NCBI GenBank assembly: GCA_026387575.1
Contig: JAPLLK010000092.1
Span: forward strand, 1 to 60,652
Length of the DNA: 60,652 bases
Origin: Nitrospirota bacterium
Lineage (GTDB): Bacteria; Nitrospirota; Thermodesulfovibrionia; Thermodesulfovibrionales; UBA1546
Direction of reading: 5' to 3'
Shown here in pieces: positions 29,764 through 40,248 of this stretch. The first letter of the stretch is position 1, and the number at the start of each line of letters is the position of its first letter. The position numbers and the translations under genes were made by a program. The notes beneath the pieces were generated by a model that searched no databases, was not told the origin of the DNA, and saw nothing but the letters and a program-made list of their open reading frames with translations.

Positions 29764-30659
29764 TGGACCCGATAACTCACAGCCTTGCGGGAGCAGCAAT
29801 CGCACAGCTTGGATTCAAAAGAAAAGGAGCCTTCTGTGTGCTGCTGATTTCATCGATTGCGCCTGATCTTGACTACATAACAAGATTCTGGGGAGTGGAC
29901 GTATTTCTCAGATACCACCGCGGAATAACGCACGGAATTCTTGCCCTGTTTTTGGTGCCGCTGATTATAGCCGTTATAGCCGGTTTCAGGAAAGGTTTTT
30001 TTTATTACTATTTCCTGTCTTTCTTGGCCTATGGTATTCATATATTTATGGATCTCACAAACCAGTACGGCACGCGTGTTCTTTCGCCTTTTGACTGGAA
30101 TGCATATTCGCTGGATATCAGTTTTATAATAGACCCGTATATATCCATCGGACTATTTTTATGCGTGGTCCTCGGCATATTCAACAGAAAAAAAGCAGCG
30201 CTTATCTCTGCCATTACAATTATTTTTTTACTCTCATATTTCGGCGGCAGATATTATCTGCGTAATGCGACAAAGGATTTTCTCAAGGGAAAACTTGAGG
30301 CTAACACCTACAAGATGTGTCCTCTGCCGAATGATTTTCTGAGGTGGTGGTTTATCGCAAAATCAGGCGATGAGATAAAAATCGGCTTTGCCGACCTTTT
30401 CACAAAGAGGATATGCATTCAGGATAGATTTACCTTTAACGATAAAGACCCTCTGATTGAGCGTTCGAAAGAGACAAAGTTCGTGAAAAACTTTCTTTAC
30501 TTTGCAAAATACCCCTACCCTGAGATAAAAAAAGAAGGCAACAGGACAATAGTGCTGTGGAAGGAACTTGCATATTCATTCATGTCCGGAGAGCATTTTA
30601 CGGCAAGGGTAACATTTGACGAAAATAACAAACTAATCAAATCAGAGTTCAAATTTTAG
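29742..30659 (+). CDS. membrane-bound metal-dependent hydrolase (YdjM/DUF457-like) with C-terminal extension
   Basis: DPITHSLAGAAIA N-terminus, multiple TM helices and a conserved HRGITH motif. The start may be GTG 29763. Confidence 0.65.
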   Translation: MGYGGIVVDPITHSLAGAAIAQLGFKRKGAFCVLLISSIAPDLDYITRFWGVDVFLRYHRGITHGILALFLVPLIIAVIAGFRKGFFYYYFLSFLAYGIHIFMDLTNQYGTRVLSPFDWNAYSLDISFIIDPYISIGLFLCVVLGIFNRKKAALISAITIIFLLSYFGGRYYLRNATKDFLKGKLEANTYKMCPLPNDFLRWWFIAKSGDEIKIGFADLFTKRICIQDRFTFNDKDPLIERSKETKFVKNFLYFAKYPYPEIKKEGNRTIVLWKELAYSFMSGEHFTARVTFDENNKLIKSEFKF

Positions 30660-30661
30660 CT

Positions 30662-31810
30662 TTATTTCTGCTTCTTCATCAGAGCCTGTCCTATGACATT
30701 CCTCTGAATCTGGTTTGTCCCCTCGTATATCTGAAGTATCTTTGCATCCCTCATCATCTTCTCAACAGGATACTCCTTCATATATCCTGAGCCGCCCATC
30801 ACCTGCACAGCATTTGTTGTAACTCTCATGCCAACATCCGTAGCAAAGACCTTTGCCATGGCAGACTCTTTTGTTACGTCCTTTGCACCGCTGTCTATGA
30901 ATCTGGCAACAGCATAAACAAGCGCCCTTGCAGCCTCTATGTCTGTCGCCATGTCTGCAAGCATATGCTGCACTGCCTGAAAGCTTATAATCGGATGCCC
31001 GAACTGAACCCTCTGCCTTGCAAATTTCACAGCCTCATCAAACGCGCCCTGCGCAACTCCTACCCCCTGAGCTCCAACACCGCCCCTTGAGTTATCCAGC
31101 GTCTTCATCGCAACTATGAATCCCACCCCTTCTTTTGAGATAATATTCTCCTTCGGGATTCTGCAATTCTCGAATATCAGCTCGGTTGTGGAGGATGCCC
31201 TGATTCCCATCTTCTCTTCCTTTTTGCCGAAAGTAAACCCTGGAGTTCCTTTTTCTACAATGAAAGCTGATGCGCCTCTTGGCCCCTTTGTCTTGTCAGT
31301 CAGGGCAATTATTGTATATACCTCTGCCTCGCCTCCGTTCGTTATCCACTGCTTTGTGCCGTTAAGCACATATTCATTTCCTGCAAGTTTTGCGGTTGTC
31401 TGGATGCCTGCTGCATCGCTTCCCGCATTCGCCTCAGTAAGACCGAATGCAACAAGCCTTTTGCCTGAAGCTATGTCAGGCAGATATTTCTTTTTCTGCT
31501 CATCAGAGCCGAAAAGAAGGATTGGATATGCTCCAAGCGCATTTGCAGCATAAGTTGTTGAGACGCCAAGACATGCCCTTGAGAGTTCCTCAACAGCAAT
31601 GCACAGTTCAAAACTGCCCTTGCCGAGTCCTCCGTATTCTTCAGGTATAAAAAGCCCGAACAGGTCTGCCTGTGCAATCACCTTCATTATATCCCACGGG
31701 AATTCCTCTTTCTCATCAAGCTCTCTCCTTACAGGCACAATCTTCTCTTCAGCGATCTGCCTTGCAAGGTCTCTTATCATCACCTGTTCTTCAGTTAAAA
31801 AATAATCCAT
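30662..31810 (-). CDS. acyl-CoA dehydrogenase (short-chain/butyryl-CoA type)
   Basis: 382 aa with GLTEANAGSD, QWITNGG and ILQIYEGTNQIQRNVIG motifs. Confidence 0.9.
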   Translation of the reverse strand: MDYFLTEEQVMIRDLARQIAEEKIVPVRRELDEKEEFPWDIMKVIAQADLFGLFIPEEYGGLGKGSFELCIAVEELSRACLGVSTTYAANALGAYPILLFGSDEQKKKYLPDIASGKRLVAFGLTEANAGSDAAGIQTTAKLAGNEYVLNGTKQWITNGGEAEVYTIIALTDKTKGPRGASAFIVEKGTPGFTFGKKEEKMGIRASSTTELIFENCRIPKENIISKEGVGFIVAMKTLDNSRGGVGAQGVGVAQGAFDEAVKFARQRVQFGHPIISFQAVQHMLADMATDIEAARALVYAVARFIDSGAKDVTKESAMAKVFATDVGMRVTTNAVQVMGGSGYMKEYPVEKMMRDAKILQIYEGTNQIQRNVIGQALMKKQK

Positions 31811-31911
31811 TATAAACCTCCACTGTCTTGTAACTTATACTGCGAGTTAATTTTAGCAGAAATCACTGGATATTTGAAAGCTAAAAAATAGAAAAAGAGT
31901 TAAAATATACT

Positions 31912-32088
31912 ATGAAAATTAAATGCCCTATGTGTAAAAAGACAACAACATGGGAAGAAAATCCAAATAGGCCGTTCTGTTCTGAAAGATGCAAGCTCCT
32001 TGACCTCGGCAAATGGGTGTTTGAGGAATATAAGATTCCGGGAGAAAAAGCTGAAGAAGAAAAAGAAGAGGAGAAAGATTCAGATTGA
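31912..32088 (+). CDS. yacG: DNA gyrase inhibitor YacG (zinc-finger protein)
   Basis: 58 aa, below the ORF-track cutoff. My translation is MKIKCPMCKKTTTWEENPNRPFCSERCKLLDLGKWVFEEYKIPGEKAEEEKEEEKDSD. The CPxC...PFCSxRCxxxDLGxW pattern is the YacG signature. Confidence 0.75.
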   Translation: MKIKCPMCKKTTTWEENPNRPFCSERCKLLDLGKWVFEEYKIPGEKAEEEKEEEKDSD

Positions 32089-33635
32089 GACGAATACTTT
32101 TCTTTCACGTTCTCTTAGCCTTTCTGCTTGCATGCTCACCACAGACCCGCCTTTCCGGCTACATCTATTACCGGCTTAATACAAATCCGACAACACTTGA
32201 CCCTGCGCTTATTGTGGATGTCACAGGAGGCTCTCTCTCAGCCAAGCTTTTTAACGGGCTGGTCAAAATGGATAAGGACTTAAACATCATTTCTGACATA
32301 GCATCAAAGTGGAAAATATCAGAAAACGGGCTGGTATACAGATTTGAACTAAAAAAAGGCGTGATGTTCTCCAACAGCAGAGAAGCAACAGCCAAAGACT
32401 TCAAATATTCATTTGAAAGGGTTCTTGATCCGAAGACAAGATCCCCCAACACATGGGTCTTTGACAAGATAAAAGGCGCAAGAGAGTTTATGAATGGCAA
32501 AGCAAAAGAAGTTTCAGGCATAAAGACTGTAAACAATTACATGCTTGAGATAACCCTTGATAAACCTTTTTCTCCATTTCTGAATCTCCTTGCGATGACT
32601 GCTGCATATGTAGTTCCAAAAGAAGAAATAGAAAAATGGGAAGTGGATTTTTCATCCCATCCTGTTGGCACAGGGCCGTTTACCCTTAAACACTGGCTTC
32701 CAAGCAGGGAACTTCTGCTTGAGGCAAGAAGTGATTATTTTGACAGCCTTCCAAAAATCAAGGGTATCGCCTATAAGATAATCCCCGAAGACCTGACAAC
32801 AATAACGGAATTTGAAATTGGCAATCTTGATGTGATAACCATTCCCGCATCATCCTTTTCAAGGTTTAAAAAAGATAAAAACCTTTCTGATTTCATGTCA
32901 TCCATAAACGGGATAAACACATATTACCTCGGGCTTAACTGTTCAAAAAAGCCTTTTGACAACCCTGTTCTCAGAAAGGCAATGAACTATGCAATTGACA
33001 GGGAAAAGATGTTAAGGACTGTTTACGAAGGAAGGGGAAGGATTGCATCAGGGCCCGTGCCTGAAATGCTGAGAAAATGGAAAGCGCCTGTATCTTATGA
33101 ATATAATCCGTCAAAAGCCAGAGAGTTAATAAAGGCTGCTGGTTATCCGAACGGGCTTGAAGTAAATTTTTATATAACAGCGGACAATGAGGTTGTGGAT
33201 ACTGCCGAGGTAATACAATCCTATTTAAAAGAAGTTGGGATTAAGGCAAATATCAAACAGCTTGAATGGAGCGCATATAAAGATGCAATCAATAAAGGCG
33301 AGCCTGACATGTTCTGGCTTGGATGGTTTGCTGACTACCCTGACCCTGAAAATTTTTTGTTCCCTTTGTTCCACTCGGCAAACCTTGGCCCGGCAGGGAA
33401 CAGGTCAAGATATAAGAATCCTGCAGTAGATTCTCTTATTGAAAAAGGCCAGCACACACAAACAGCAAAAGAAAGAGACATGTATTATGAAAAGGCTGAG
33501 AATATGATTGTTGACGAAGCTCCATGGGTATTCTTCTGGCACAAAACCGATTACACATTAAGACAACCGTGGGTAAAAAATTATCAGATATATCTTATCT
33601 ACAGCCTTGATAAGGGAACAGAGATTAGCTTTTGA
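32085..33635 (+). CDS. ABC transporter substrate-binding protein, family 5 (peptide/nickel, OppA/DppA-like); solitary
   Basis: 516 aa with a lipoprotein-like N-terminus (LLACS) and family-5 SBP blocks (TLDPA..., GTGPF..., YP.G). Confidence 0.85.
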   Translation: MRRILFFHVLLAFLLACSPQTRLSGYIYYRLNTNPTTLDPALIVDVTGGSLSAKLFNGLVKMDKDLNIISDIASKWKISENGLVYRFELKKGVMFSNSREATAKDFKYSFERVLDPKTRSPNTWVFDKIKGAREFMNGKAKEVSGIKTVNNYMLEITLDKPFSPFLNLLAMTAAYVVPKEEIEKWEVDFSSHPVGTGPFTLKHWLPSRELLLEARSDYFDSLPKIKGIAYKIIPEDLTTITEFEIGNLDVITIPASSFSRFKKDKNLSDFMSSINGINTYYLGLNCSKKPFDNPVLRKAMNYAIDREKMLRTVYEGRGRIASGPVPEMLRKWKAPVSYEYNPSKARELIKAAGYPNGLEVNFYITADNEVVDTAEVIQSYLKEVGIKANIKQLEWSAYKDAINKGEPDMFWLGWFADYPDPENFLFPLFHSANLGPAGNRSRYKNPAVDSLIEKGQHTQTAKERDMYYEKAENMIVDEAPWVFFWHKTDYTLRQPWVKNYQIYLIYSLDKGTEISF

Positions 33636-33662
33636 TTAACTACAGAGAGAAGAATGTAGAAA

Positions 33663-34688
33663 CTATCTCCACGGCTCAATAATCACCTTTATGGAATCCT
33701 TCGCCTCAGCAACAAGCTTAAAGCCAAGCTGTGCCTCAGACATGCCCAAGCGATGCGTAATCATATCCTTTACATTCACCCTCCGGGCGCTGATAAACTC
33801 CATTGCCAAAGCAAGGTCAGAAGGCGCAGCTCCGTAGGACGTCACCATCTTTATCTCATTACGCCAGAAATCATTGATCGGAACGGAGATATTAATTCCG
33901 GGTTCTGGCACTGCAAAGAACAGAATCGTGCCTCCTTTATCAACAGACTGAAGCGCCTGTTCAATGGCAGGCATTGCGCCTGTGCACACTATCACACAGT
34001 CAGCCAGTCTTCCGTCATTCAGTTTACGCACACGCTCCGGCACATTCTCTTTAGCATTGATAATGCTGTCTGCTCCGAACTTCAATGCTGCATTAAGGCG
34101 GTATTCATTGACATCAGTTGCAATAATCCTTTCTGCGCCTGTATCCTTTGCCAGATTTATATGCAGAAGCCCTGAAATCCCGCTTCCAATCACGAGAACG
34201 CTTTGTCCTGCTTTCAGGTTTGCAACTCTCTGCCCTCTCAGAATACACGCCAGCGGCTCTATGAATGTTCCTTCTTCATAAGTCATATTCTCAGGAAGGA
34301 TATAAATTCCACTCCTAACATTTATCTCAGGCACCCTTAGATACTCTGCAAAACCTCCGGGGTCATAATTCGTCCTGTGCAAAGTCTCACAGGCAGTATG
34401 ATAGCCGCTCAGGCAATAACGGCAGGTGTTGCACGGAACATGATGGGACACAAATACCCTGTCACCGATTTTATAATTCTTAACGCCTTCGCCTGTCTCT
34501 ACAATCTCTCCTGCAATCTCATGTCCCAAAACCCTCGGAGCTTTTTTAATTCTGTACCATTCCATTACATCGCTTCCGCATATTCCGCTTGCCATGACCT
34601 TAACAAGAAGCTCGCCATTCCCTATCTTTGGAATAGGCATTTCCTCAATACGAACGTCATTATTCCTGTAATACATCGCAACGCGCAT
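33663..34688 (-). CDS. Zn-dependent alcohol/polyol dehydrogenase (MDR family)
   Basis: GICGSD, GHEIAGE, CNTCRYCLSGYHTAC and GSGISGL motifs. I moved the start to ATG 34688 (RBS GGAG), because the longer track ORF would run through the upstream terminator. Confidence 0.85.
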   Translation of the reverse strand: MRVAMYYRNNDVRIEEMPIPKIGNGELLVKVMASGICGSDVMEWYRIKKAPRVLGHEIAGEIVETGEGVKNYKIGDRVFVSHHVPCNTCRYCLSGYHTACETLHRTNYDPGGFAEYLRVPEINVRSGIYILPENMTYEEGTFIEPLACILRGQRVANLKAGQSVLVIGSGISGLLHINLAKDTGAERIIATDVNEYRLNAALKFGADSIINAKENVPERVRKLNDGRLADCVIVCTGAMPAIEQALQSVDKGGTILFFAVPEPGINISVPINDFWRNEIKMVTSYGAAPSDLALAMEFISARRVNVKDMITHRLGMSEAQLGFKLVAEAKDSIKVIIEPWR

Positions 34689-34759
34689 AACAGCTCCTGA
34701 AAATAGATTTTCAATAATATACCATAGAGGAGAGATTTTGTTTGAAGCTCCCAAAATAA

Positions 34760-34784
34760 AAGAAGGGGCTGAAAGCCCCTTCTT
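34760..34784 (-). terminator. intrinsic terminator after the aldolase gene
   Basis: Perfect 10-bp stem AAGAAGGGGC-tgaaa-GCCCCTTCTT. On the minus strand it is followed by TTTATTTTGG. Confidence 0.8.
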
Positions 34785-34810
34785 AATCTTTGCAATCAGA
34801 CTTTAAATTC

Positions 34811-35659
34811 TTAATGCTTGCTCAATTCTGTCTTACTTGCAGTAATACCATTTACCTTCTTTGGTAATTTCTTTGCCTTTGCTTTCAGAGCCTTATAGAT
34901 TTCGTATGCCCTTTTTGGCGTTGCGTTATCATGGACAATCGCCCTTACAGCCTGAATCATCGCAACAGGAGCTTCAGACTGGAAAATATTCCTTCCCATA
35001 TCAACGCCTGCTGCGCCGCGGGAGATTGCATTATAGGTTAGTTCGAGCGCTTCATATTCGGGAAGTTTTTTTCCGCCTGCCATAACAAGCGGCACAGGGC
35101 ACGTCTTTACAAGTTTCTCAAAACCATCGCAGTAATATGTCTTTACAAAATGCGCTCCGAGTTCAGCGGCTATCCTGCAGCTCAAGGCAAGATACCTTAC
35201 ATCCCGCACCATATTCTTTCCAACTGCCGTGACAGCAAGCACAGGCATCCCATAGCGATGCCCCTTATCTATAAGTTTTGCGAGATTAAGAAGCGTCTCT
35301 TTCTGATTTGGAGAGCCGACATATATTGAGAGAGCAACTGCCGATGCGTTTAATCTTACTGCATCTTCCACTGAAACGGTCAGCCCTTCATTGGACAGGT
35401 CTTCGTCAAGAATGCTGTTTCCTCCTGAGACTCTTAAAACTATCGGCGTCTCTGATTGAGGGTCAATGCATGTGCGGACAATGCCTCGCGTTGGCATCAA
35501 GGCATCAGCATAGGGCAGCAATGGCTTGATTGTTTTTTCTGCATCTTCAAGCCCTGTTGTAGGCCCGAGGAAATATCCGTGGTCAACTGCAAGCATAACA
35601 GTTCTGCCGTCACGCTTGATTATTCTTGAAAGACGATTCTTTAATCCCCAATCGTACAT
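34811..35659 (-). CDS. class I aldolase, DhnA/FbaB/LsrF/AroA'-type
   Basis: 282 aa with MLAVDHG..., the Schiff-base lysine context FVKTYY, and [11 protein letters not shown]. Confidence 0.8.
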   Translation of the reverse strand: MYDWGLKNRLSRIIKRDGRTVMLAVDHGYFLGPTTGLEDAEKTIKPLLPYADALMPTRGIVRTCIDPQSETPIVLRVSGGNSILDEDLSNEGLTVSVEDAVRLNASAVALSIYVGSPNQKETLLNLAKLIDKGHRYGMPVLAVTAVGKNMVRDVRYLALSCRIAAELGAHFVKTYYCDGFEKLVKTCPVPLVMAGGKKLPEYEALELTYNAISRGAAGVDMGRNIFQSEAPVAMIQAVRAIVHDNATPKRAYEIYKALKAKAKKLPKKVNGITASKTELSKH

Positions 35660-35689
35660 AAAAAGCCTCCCTGAATAAATTGTTGTTTA

Positions 35690-36154
35690 CTACTTACTGC
35701 CTTTCTGCTCAAACAATGTCTTTACTTCGTTCATAAGCTCGCTTATATCCTTAAACTGCCTGTAAACAGACGCAAACCTCACGTATGCAACCTTATCAAG
35801 CTCTCTTAATGAAGACATTACCTCTTCTCCGACCCATGTGCTCGGTATCTCTTTCACGCCAAGGTTTATGAGCTTCTTTTCTATTGAATCAACAATCCCT
35901 TCAAGCGCCTCCACGCTGACAGGTCTTTTTTCACATGCCTTTTCAAGTCCTCTCAGTATCTTCGGCCTGTCAAACGGCTCGCGCCTTCCATCCTTTTTCA
36001 CTACCATCGGGACTACATCTTCAACACGCTCGTAAGAGGTGAAACGCTTTCCGCACTTCAGGCATTCACGCCTTCTGCGTATCGCATCGCCTTCCTTGCT
36101 CGTCCGCGAGTCAATAACCTTGTCTTCTAAATTTCCACAAAATGGGCACTTCAT
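35690..36154 (-). CDS. nrdR: transcriptional repressor NrdR
   Basis: 154 aa with the MKCPFCG...VIDSR zinc ribbon and an ATP-cone domain. Confidence 0.95.
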   Translation of the reverse strand: MKCPFCGNLEDKVIDSRTSKEGDAIRRRRECLKCGKRFTSYERVEDVVPMVVKKDGRREPFDRPKILRGLEKACEKRPVSVEALEGIVDSIEKKLINLGVKEIPSTWVGEEVMSSLRELDKVAYVRFASVYRQFKDISELMNEVKTLFEQKGSK

Positions 36155-36341
36155 AATTTAATTAATAACAATGCAAATGTTGTGAGTCCCGATATAAATC
36201 GGGATCGATACCTTGTGCGTGATGCAAGATACACGAAGCACGATGCATAACAGAAAACTTATGATCATGAATCCTGAATCAAGCAGGATTAAATAATCAG
36301 CGAGTTAAATAAATTTTGGGGCAATATCTGCATTGAGAGTT

Positions 36342-37580
36342 TCAGTATATCGGAAATCTCTTGCATATCTCCCCTGCCCTCTGCCTGAGCCTTCCAATCT
36401 TTGCCTCATCAGAGTTGTTCTTCAATACCTCATCTATTATCTCTGCTATATCTGTCATTTCCGTTTCACCCATCCCCCTTGTAGTAACACACGGCGTGCC
36501 AAGCCTAATCCCGCTTGTTATTGCAGGAGGCCATTCGTCATAGGGAATTGAATTTTTATTGACTGTTATGCCTGCCTTGTCCAATGCTTCTTCTGCTTCC
36601 TTTCCTGTTATCCTTTTATTTGCGAGGTCAACAAGCATGAGGTGGTTATCAGTTCCGCCTGATATTATCCTGAATCCCCTTTTTATAAGTTCTTCAGCAA
36701 GTTTTTTTGCATTTTCTATAACCTTTCTTTGATACTCTTTGAACCCATCATTCAGAGCCTCCTTAAATGCAACTGCCTTTGCAGCAATCACATGAACCAG
36801 AGGGCCTCCCTGAATTCCTGGGAATATCATCTTATCTATAGCCTTCGCGTATTTTGCCCTGCACATTATCATTCCGCCTCTTGGCCCGCGCAGCGTTTTA
36901 TGGGTCGTTGTTGTAACAAAATCCGCATAAGGCACAGGAGACGGATGAAGGCCTGTTGCTACAAGCCCTGCTATATGCGCTATATCTGCCATCAGATAAG
37001 CGCCAACCTCTCTTGCAATCTCCGAGAATACCTTAAAATCAAGAGTCCTTGAATAAGCGCTTGCGCCTACAAGAATCATCTTTGGTTTGTTTTTTACCGC
37101 GAGCCTGCGCACCTCATCATAATCAATGTATCCTGTCTCTTTATTAACTCCGTAAGAACTGTTTTTATAAAGTATTCCTGAAAAGTTTACAGATGCGCCG
37201 TGCGAGAGATGCCCTCCATGTCTGAGGTCCATTCCGATAATTGTATCTCCGGGTTTAAGAAACGCAAAATACACAGCCATGTTTGCCTGGCTTCCGGAAT
37301 GAGGCTGGACATTTACATGCTCGGCTCCGAAGAGTTCCTTTGCCCTGCCTATTGCAAGGGTTTCAATAACATCTGCATATTCGCATCCGCCATAGTATCG
37401 CTTATTCGGGTATCCTTCGGCATATTTATTGGTAAATACAGAACCCTGCGCTTCAAGAACAGCAGAACTCGCATAGTTTTCCGATGCGATAAGGACAATC
37501 TTCTCCCTTTCTCTTTCTATCTCTCCCTGAATCGCCCTGTAAATATCCGGGTCTGAGAGTTTAAGCCTTTCAAAGTCCAT
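36342..37580 (-). CDS. glyA: serine hydroxymethyltransferase
   Basis: 412 aa with the PLP-lysine motif [13 protein letters not shown]. Confidence 0.95.
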   Translation of the reverse strand: MDFERLKLSDPDIYRAIQGEIEREREKIVLIASENYASSAVLEAQGSVFTNKYAEGYPNKRYYGGCEYADVIETLAIGRAKELFGAEHVNVQPHSGSQANMAVYFAFLKPGDTIIGMDLRHGGHLSHGASVNFSGILYKNSSYGVNKETGYIDYDEVRRLAVKNKPKMILVGASAYSRTLDFKVFSEIAREVGAYLMADIAHIAGLVATGLHPSPVPYADFVTTTTHKTLRGPRGGMIMCRAKYAKAIDKMIFPGIQGGPLVHVIAAKAVAFKEALNDGFKEYQRKVIENAKKLAEELIKRGFRIISGGTDNHLMLVDLANKRITGKEAEEALDKAGITVNKNSIPYDEWPPAITSGIRLGTPCVTTRGMGETEMTDIAEIIDEVLKNNSDEAKIGRLRQRAGEICKRFPIY

Positions 37581-38028
37581 GTTTTATAAATCTTTCCTCT
37601 ATCAGTTTTATCTTTGCAAGGCGATTTGAATGCCTGCCACCTTCAAATTCTGTGCTGAACCATACTCTGACAATCTCTTTCGCAAGGTCTTTGCCTACAA
37701 TCCTGCCGCCTATTACAAGGACGTTTGCGTCATTGTGCATCCTGCTCATCCTTGCGGTGAAGAGGTCATTGCAGAGAGATGCCCTTATATTGGGAATCTT
37801 ATTCGCAACAATTGACATGCCGATGCCTGTTCCGCATATCAGTATGCCCCTGTCTGCCTTGCCTTCTGAAACTTCTCTGGCCACCCTCTCTCCGAAATCA
37901 GGATAGTCCACGGATTGAGGGCCGTTTGTGCCTAAATCAAGACATTCCATCTTCATCTCGCTGAGGATAGAGATTAGCTCCTTTTTAAGCTCTACACCAG
38001 CATGGTCACTGCCGATTGCAACTTTCAT
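37570..38028 (-). CDS. rpiB: ribose-5-phosphate isomerase B
   Basis: 152 aa with [11 protein letters not shown] and CGTGIGMSI motifs. Confidence 0.9.
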   Translation of the reverse strand: MKVAIGSDHAGVELKKELISILSEMKMECLDLGTNGPQSVDYPDFGERVAREVSEGKADRGILICGTGIGMSIVANKIPNIRASLCNDLFTARMSRMHNDANVLVIGGRIVGKDLAKEIVRVWFSTEFEGGRHSNRLAKIKLIEERFIKHGL

Positions 38029-38161
38029 TTTTACCTCGGATACGTATCTTATCTAAGAGTTAAAGTGTAAGTCAAGGTTCTATCCCTTTAACTCCATTAG
38101 GAGATTTTGTGACACGCTCTCAGGAATTTGACTTTCGATATTCCCTTAAGTATATTACGTT

Positions 38162-38560
38162 ATGCACAGAAAGAAAGCACATTTTATTAAGAAAGAGCGG
38201 TCCTCTCCAGGTCTTCGCGGCCGTATCTGGATTGACGGAAGCGAGGGCACCTTCCTGGGATACGGAAGAATCATCCTCCTCGAACTGATACGCGAACACG
38301 GCTCGATCACAAAAGCGGCGAAATCCATGGAAATTTCATACCGTCATGCATGGGAACTCGTTGATTCGATGAACAGACAGTCGCCTAAGCTCCTTGTTGA
38401 GGCAACAACCGGCGGCAGGAATGGCGGCGGAGCGCGTCTTACCGAAGAGGGAGAGAAGGCGGTTAATCTCTTCTGGAAGTTCTATGAAGATTTTCAGGAC
38501 TTTCTCAAGCATGAAGAAAAGAAACTGAGCAGTTTATTGCATAAAAGGAGGGTAAGATGA
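38162..38560 (+). CDS. ModE N-terminal-domain-like winged-HTH regulator without TOBE domains
   Basis: 132 aa. GSITKAAKSMEISYRHAWELVDSMN...TGGRNGGGARLTEEG matches the ModE/LysR-type molybdate-regulator HTH. Confidence 0.75.
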   Translation: MHRKKAHFIKKERSSPGLRGRIWIDGSEGTFLGYGRIILLELIREHGSITKAAKSMEISYRHAWELVDSMNRQSPKLLVEATTGGRNGGGARLTEEGEKAVNLFWKFYEDFQDFLKHEEKKLSSLLHKRRVR

Positions 38561-39414
38561 AATTAAGAAGAATTTGCTTTTTCGCTGCCAGTTTACTGTT
38601 TATGATAGCATCTCTATCCTTTGCAGAAGATAAATGCGATGGTGTGTATGGAAACGGGCCGAACAAATTTTCTCTTGCAACAGGAAGCCCGGGAGAACTG
38701 GGCATTCTTAAGGTTCTTGGAGAATCCTTCGGCAAGGAGGCGAAAGCGACGCTCTGTTGGATAAAGGCAGGTTCGGGAGATTCTCTCAAGCTCCTCAGGG
38801 AGAAGAAGGTCGATATGATCATGGTGCATGCGCCGTCTGCCGAAAAGAAGGCGATTGCTGAGGGATGGGCTGTCCTTCGCAGACTTATCGGCTCAAACGA
38901 GTTTTATATTGTCGGCCCTTCGGCTGACCCAGCAAAGATTTCCGAAACAATAAGCGTAGTTGCTGCGTACAAGCGGATTGCATCAGCAAAAGCCAAGTTC
39001 TTTTCAAGAGGCGATAATTCCGGAACCCATAAGAAGGAGATGGAGGTTTGGGCCAAGGTTGGAATCACTCCTACGGGGGAATGGTATATCGTCACCAAGG
39101 ATTTTATGACCGCCACATTAAAGAGGGCTGACGCCGAAAAGGGATATTTCATGACTGACAGTAGCACCTGGGTCGCTGAGCAAAAGAATCTGCCCAACCT
39201 GAAAATACTCTTCAGGGGCGATAAGTTTCTCATAAACACCTACCATACGCTTGTGCAACCGAAAGGGGCAACACCGGGAGCGTCAACGGCTGAAAAGTTC
39301 GTTGAGTTTGTGACCTCGGAAAGGGGTCAGACAATACTGAGAGATTTCGCCAAGGACCAATATGGAGAAGGACTTTACAATGATGCTGCTTATGCAAGGC
39401 AGTACGACGAATAA
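38557..39414 (+). CDS. divergent TupA-like periplasmic oxyanion-binding protein
   Basis: 285 aa with a signal peptide. It is a paralog of the next gene and shares FSRGDNSGTHKKE, but has ATGSPGELG where canonical TupA has the TTTSTxxSG anion-binding motif. Confidence 0.7.
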   Translation: MKLRRICFFAASLLFMIASLSFAEDKCDGVYGNGPNKFSLATGSPGELGILKVLGESFGKEAKATLCWIKAGSGDSLKLLREKKVDMIMVHAPSAEKKAIAEGWAVLRRLIGSNEFYIVGPSADPAKISETISVVAAYKRIASAKAKFFSRGDNSGTHKKEMEVWAKVGITPTGEWYIVTKDFMTATLKRADAEKGYFMTDSSTWVAEQKNLPNLKILFRGDKFLINTYHTLVQPKGATPGASTAEKFVEFVTSERGQTILRDFAKDQYGEGLYNDAAYARQYDE

Positions 39415-39423
39415 GGAGAGGAC

Positions 39424-40245
39424 ATGAGCAGGGTAGTGAAACAGTTTTTGTTGATGGCATTGTGCGCAGTTTTTTTCACTACTGTGAGCGCTTCGGCGGC
39501 GACAGAGATTATCTGTTCATCCACAACAAGCACCGAGAACTCCGGTTTGTTCAGCTTCATTCTGCCTCAGTTTGAAAAGAAGACAGGCATAAAGGTGAAG
39601 GTGGTCGCCCGTGGCACCGGGGCCGCTATTGAAATGGGGAAAAGGGGCGATGCTGACGTGGCTTTTGTCCATGCGAAGGAGCAGGAGTTAAAGGCTGTTG
39701 AAGAGGGCTTCTTTGTCAACCGGCATGATGTCATGTACAATGATTTTGTCGTCATCGGGCCTGCCGAAGACCCGGCGAAGATAAAGGGGATGAAGTCGGC
39801 TGCGGAGGCTCTCAAGAAAATCGCCGGTATCTCATCGTTTGTTTCAAGGGGAGATAACTCAGGGACTCATGCAAAGGAATTATCCCTATGGAAAAAGGTC
39901 GGCATAGAGCCGAAGGGCGAGAGATGGTATCTTGAAGTCGGTCAGGGAATGGAGAAGACGCAGAGGATTGCGAATGAAAAACGCGCATACACTCTTACGG
40001 ACAGAGGCACATGGCTTGCAACAAAAGATAATGACAAGCTCGAGATGGTAATTGTTCTCGAAAGTGATCCCGTATTGTTTAATCAGTACGGCGTCATGGC
40101 GGTAAATCCCGAAAAGCATAAACATGTAAAATACAAAGAGGCTATGGAGTTTATAAACTGGATTATATCAAAGGAAGGGCAGCATGCTATTGCGTCATTC
40201 AGGGATAAACACGGCAATCAGTTGTTTATGCCTAATGCAAAGTAA
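39424..40245 (+). CDS. tupA: tungstate ABC transporter substrate-binding protein
   Basis: 273 aa with a signal peptide, SSTTSTENSGL (TTTS motif) and SRGDNSGTHAKE. Confidence 0.8.
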   Translation: MSRVVKQFLLMALCAVFFTTVSASAATEIICSSTTSTENSGLFSFILPQFEKKTGIKVKVVARGTGAAIEMGKRGDADVAFVHAKEQELKAVEEGFFVNRHDVMYNDFVVIGPAEDPAKIKGMKSAAEALKKIAGISSFVSRGDNSGTHAKELSLWKKVGIEPKGERWYLEVGQGMEKTQRIANEKRAYTLTDRGTWLATKDNDKLEMVIVLESDPVLFNQYGVMAVNPEKHKHVKYKEAMEFINWIISKEGQHAIASFRDKHGNQLFMPNAK

Positions 40246-40248
40246 AAT

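Noticed and set aside
31881-32108. 75-aa minus-strand ORF
   Set aside because: It is a low-complexity Ser/Phe-rich product that lies antisense to a well-supported yacG gene.
36187-36290. Hairpins in the 187-nt glyA-nrdR spacer (TCCCGAT-ataa-ATCGGGA at 36187-36204 and AATCCTG-aatcaag-CAGGATT at 36270-36290) as an ncRNA or terminator
   Set aside because: The 7-bp stems lack a convincing downstream U-tract on the transcribed strand, and I recognise no RNA family pattern. I noted them but did not annotate them.
38131-38160. ModE-type operator (CGATAT...TATATTACG) upstream of the ModE-like gene
   Set aside because: It has only weak dyad symmetry and a poor match to the CG.TATATA-N-TATATA.CG consensus as I recall it. 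It also abuts the start codon. This is too speculative to call.
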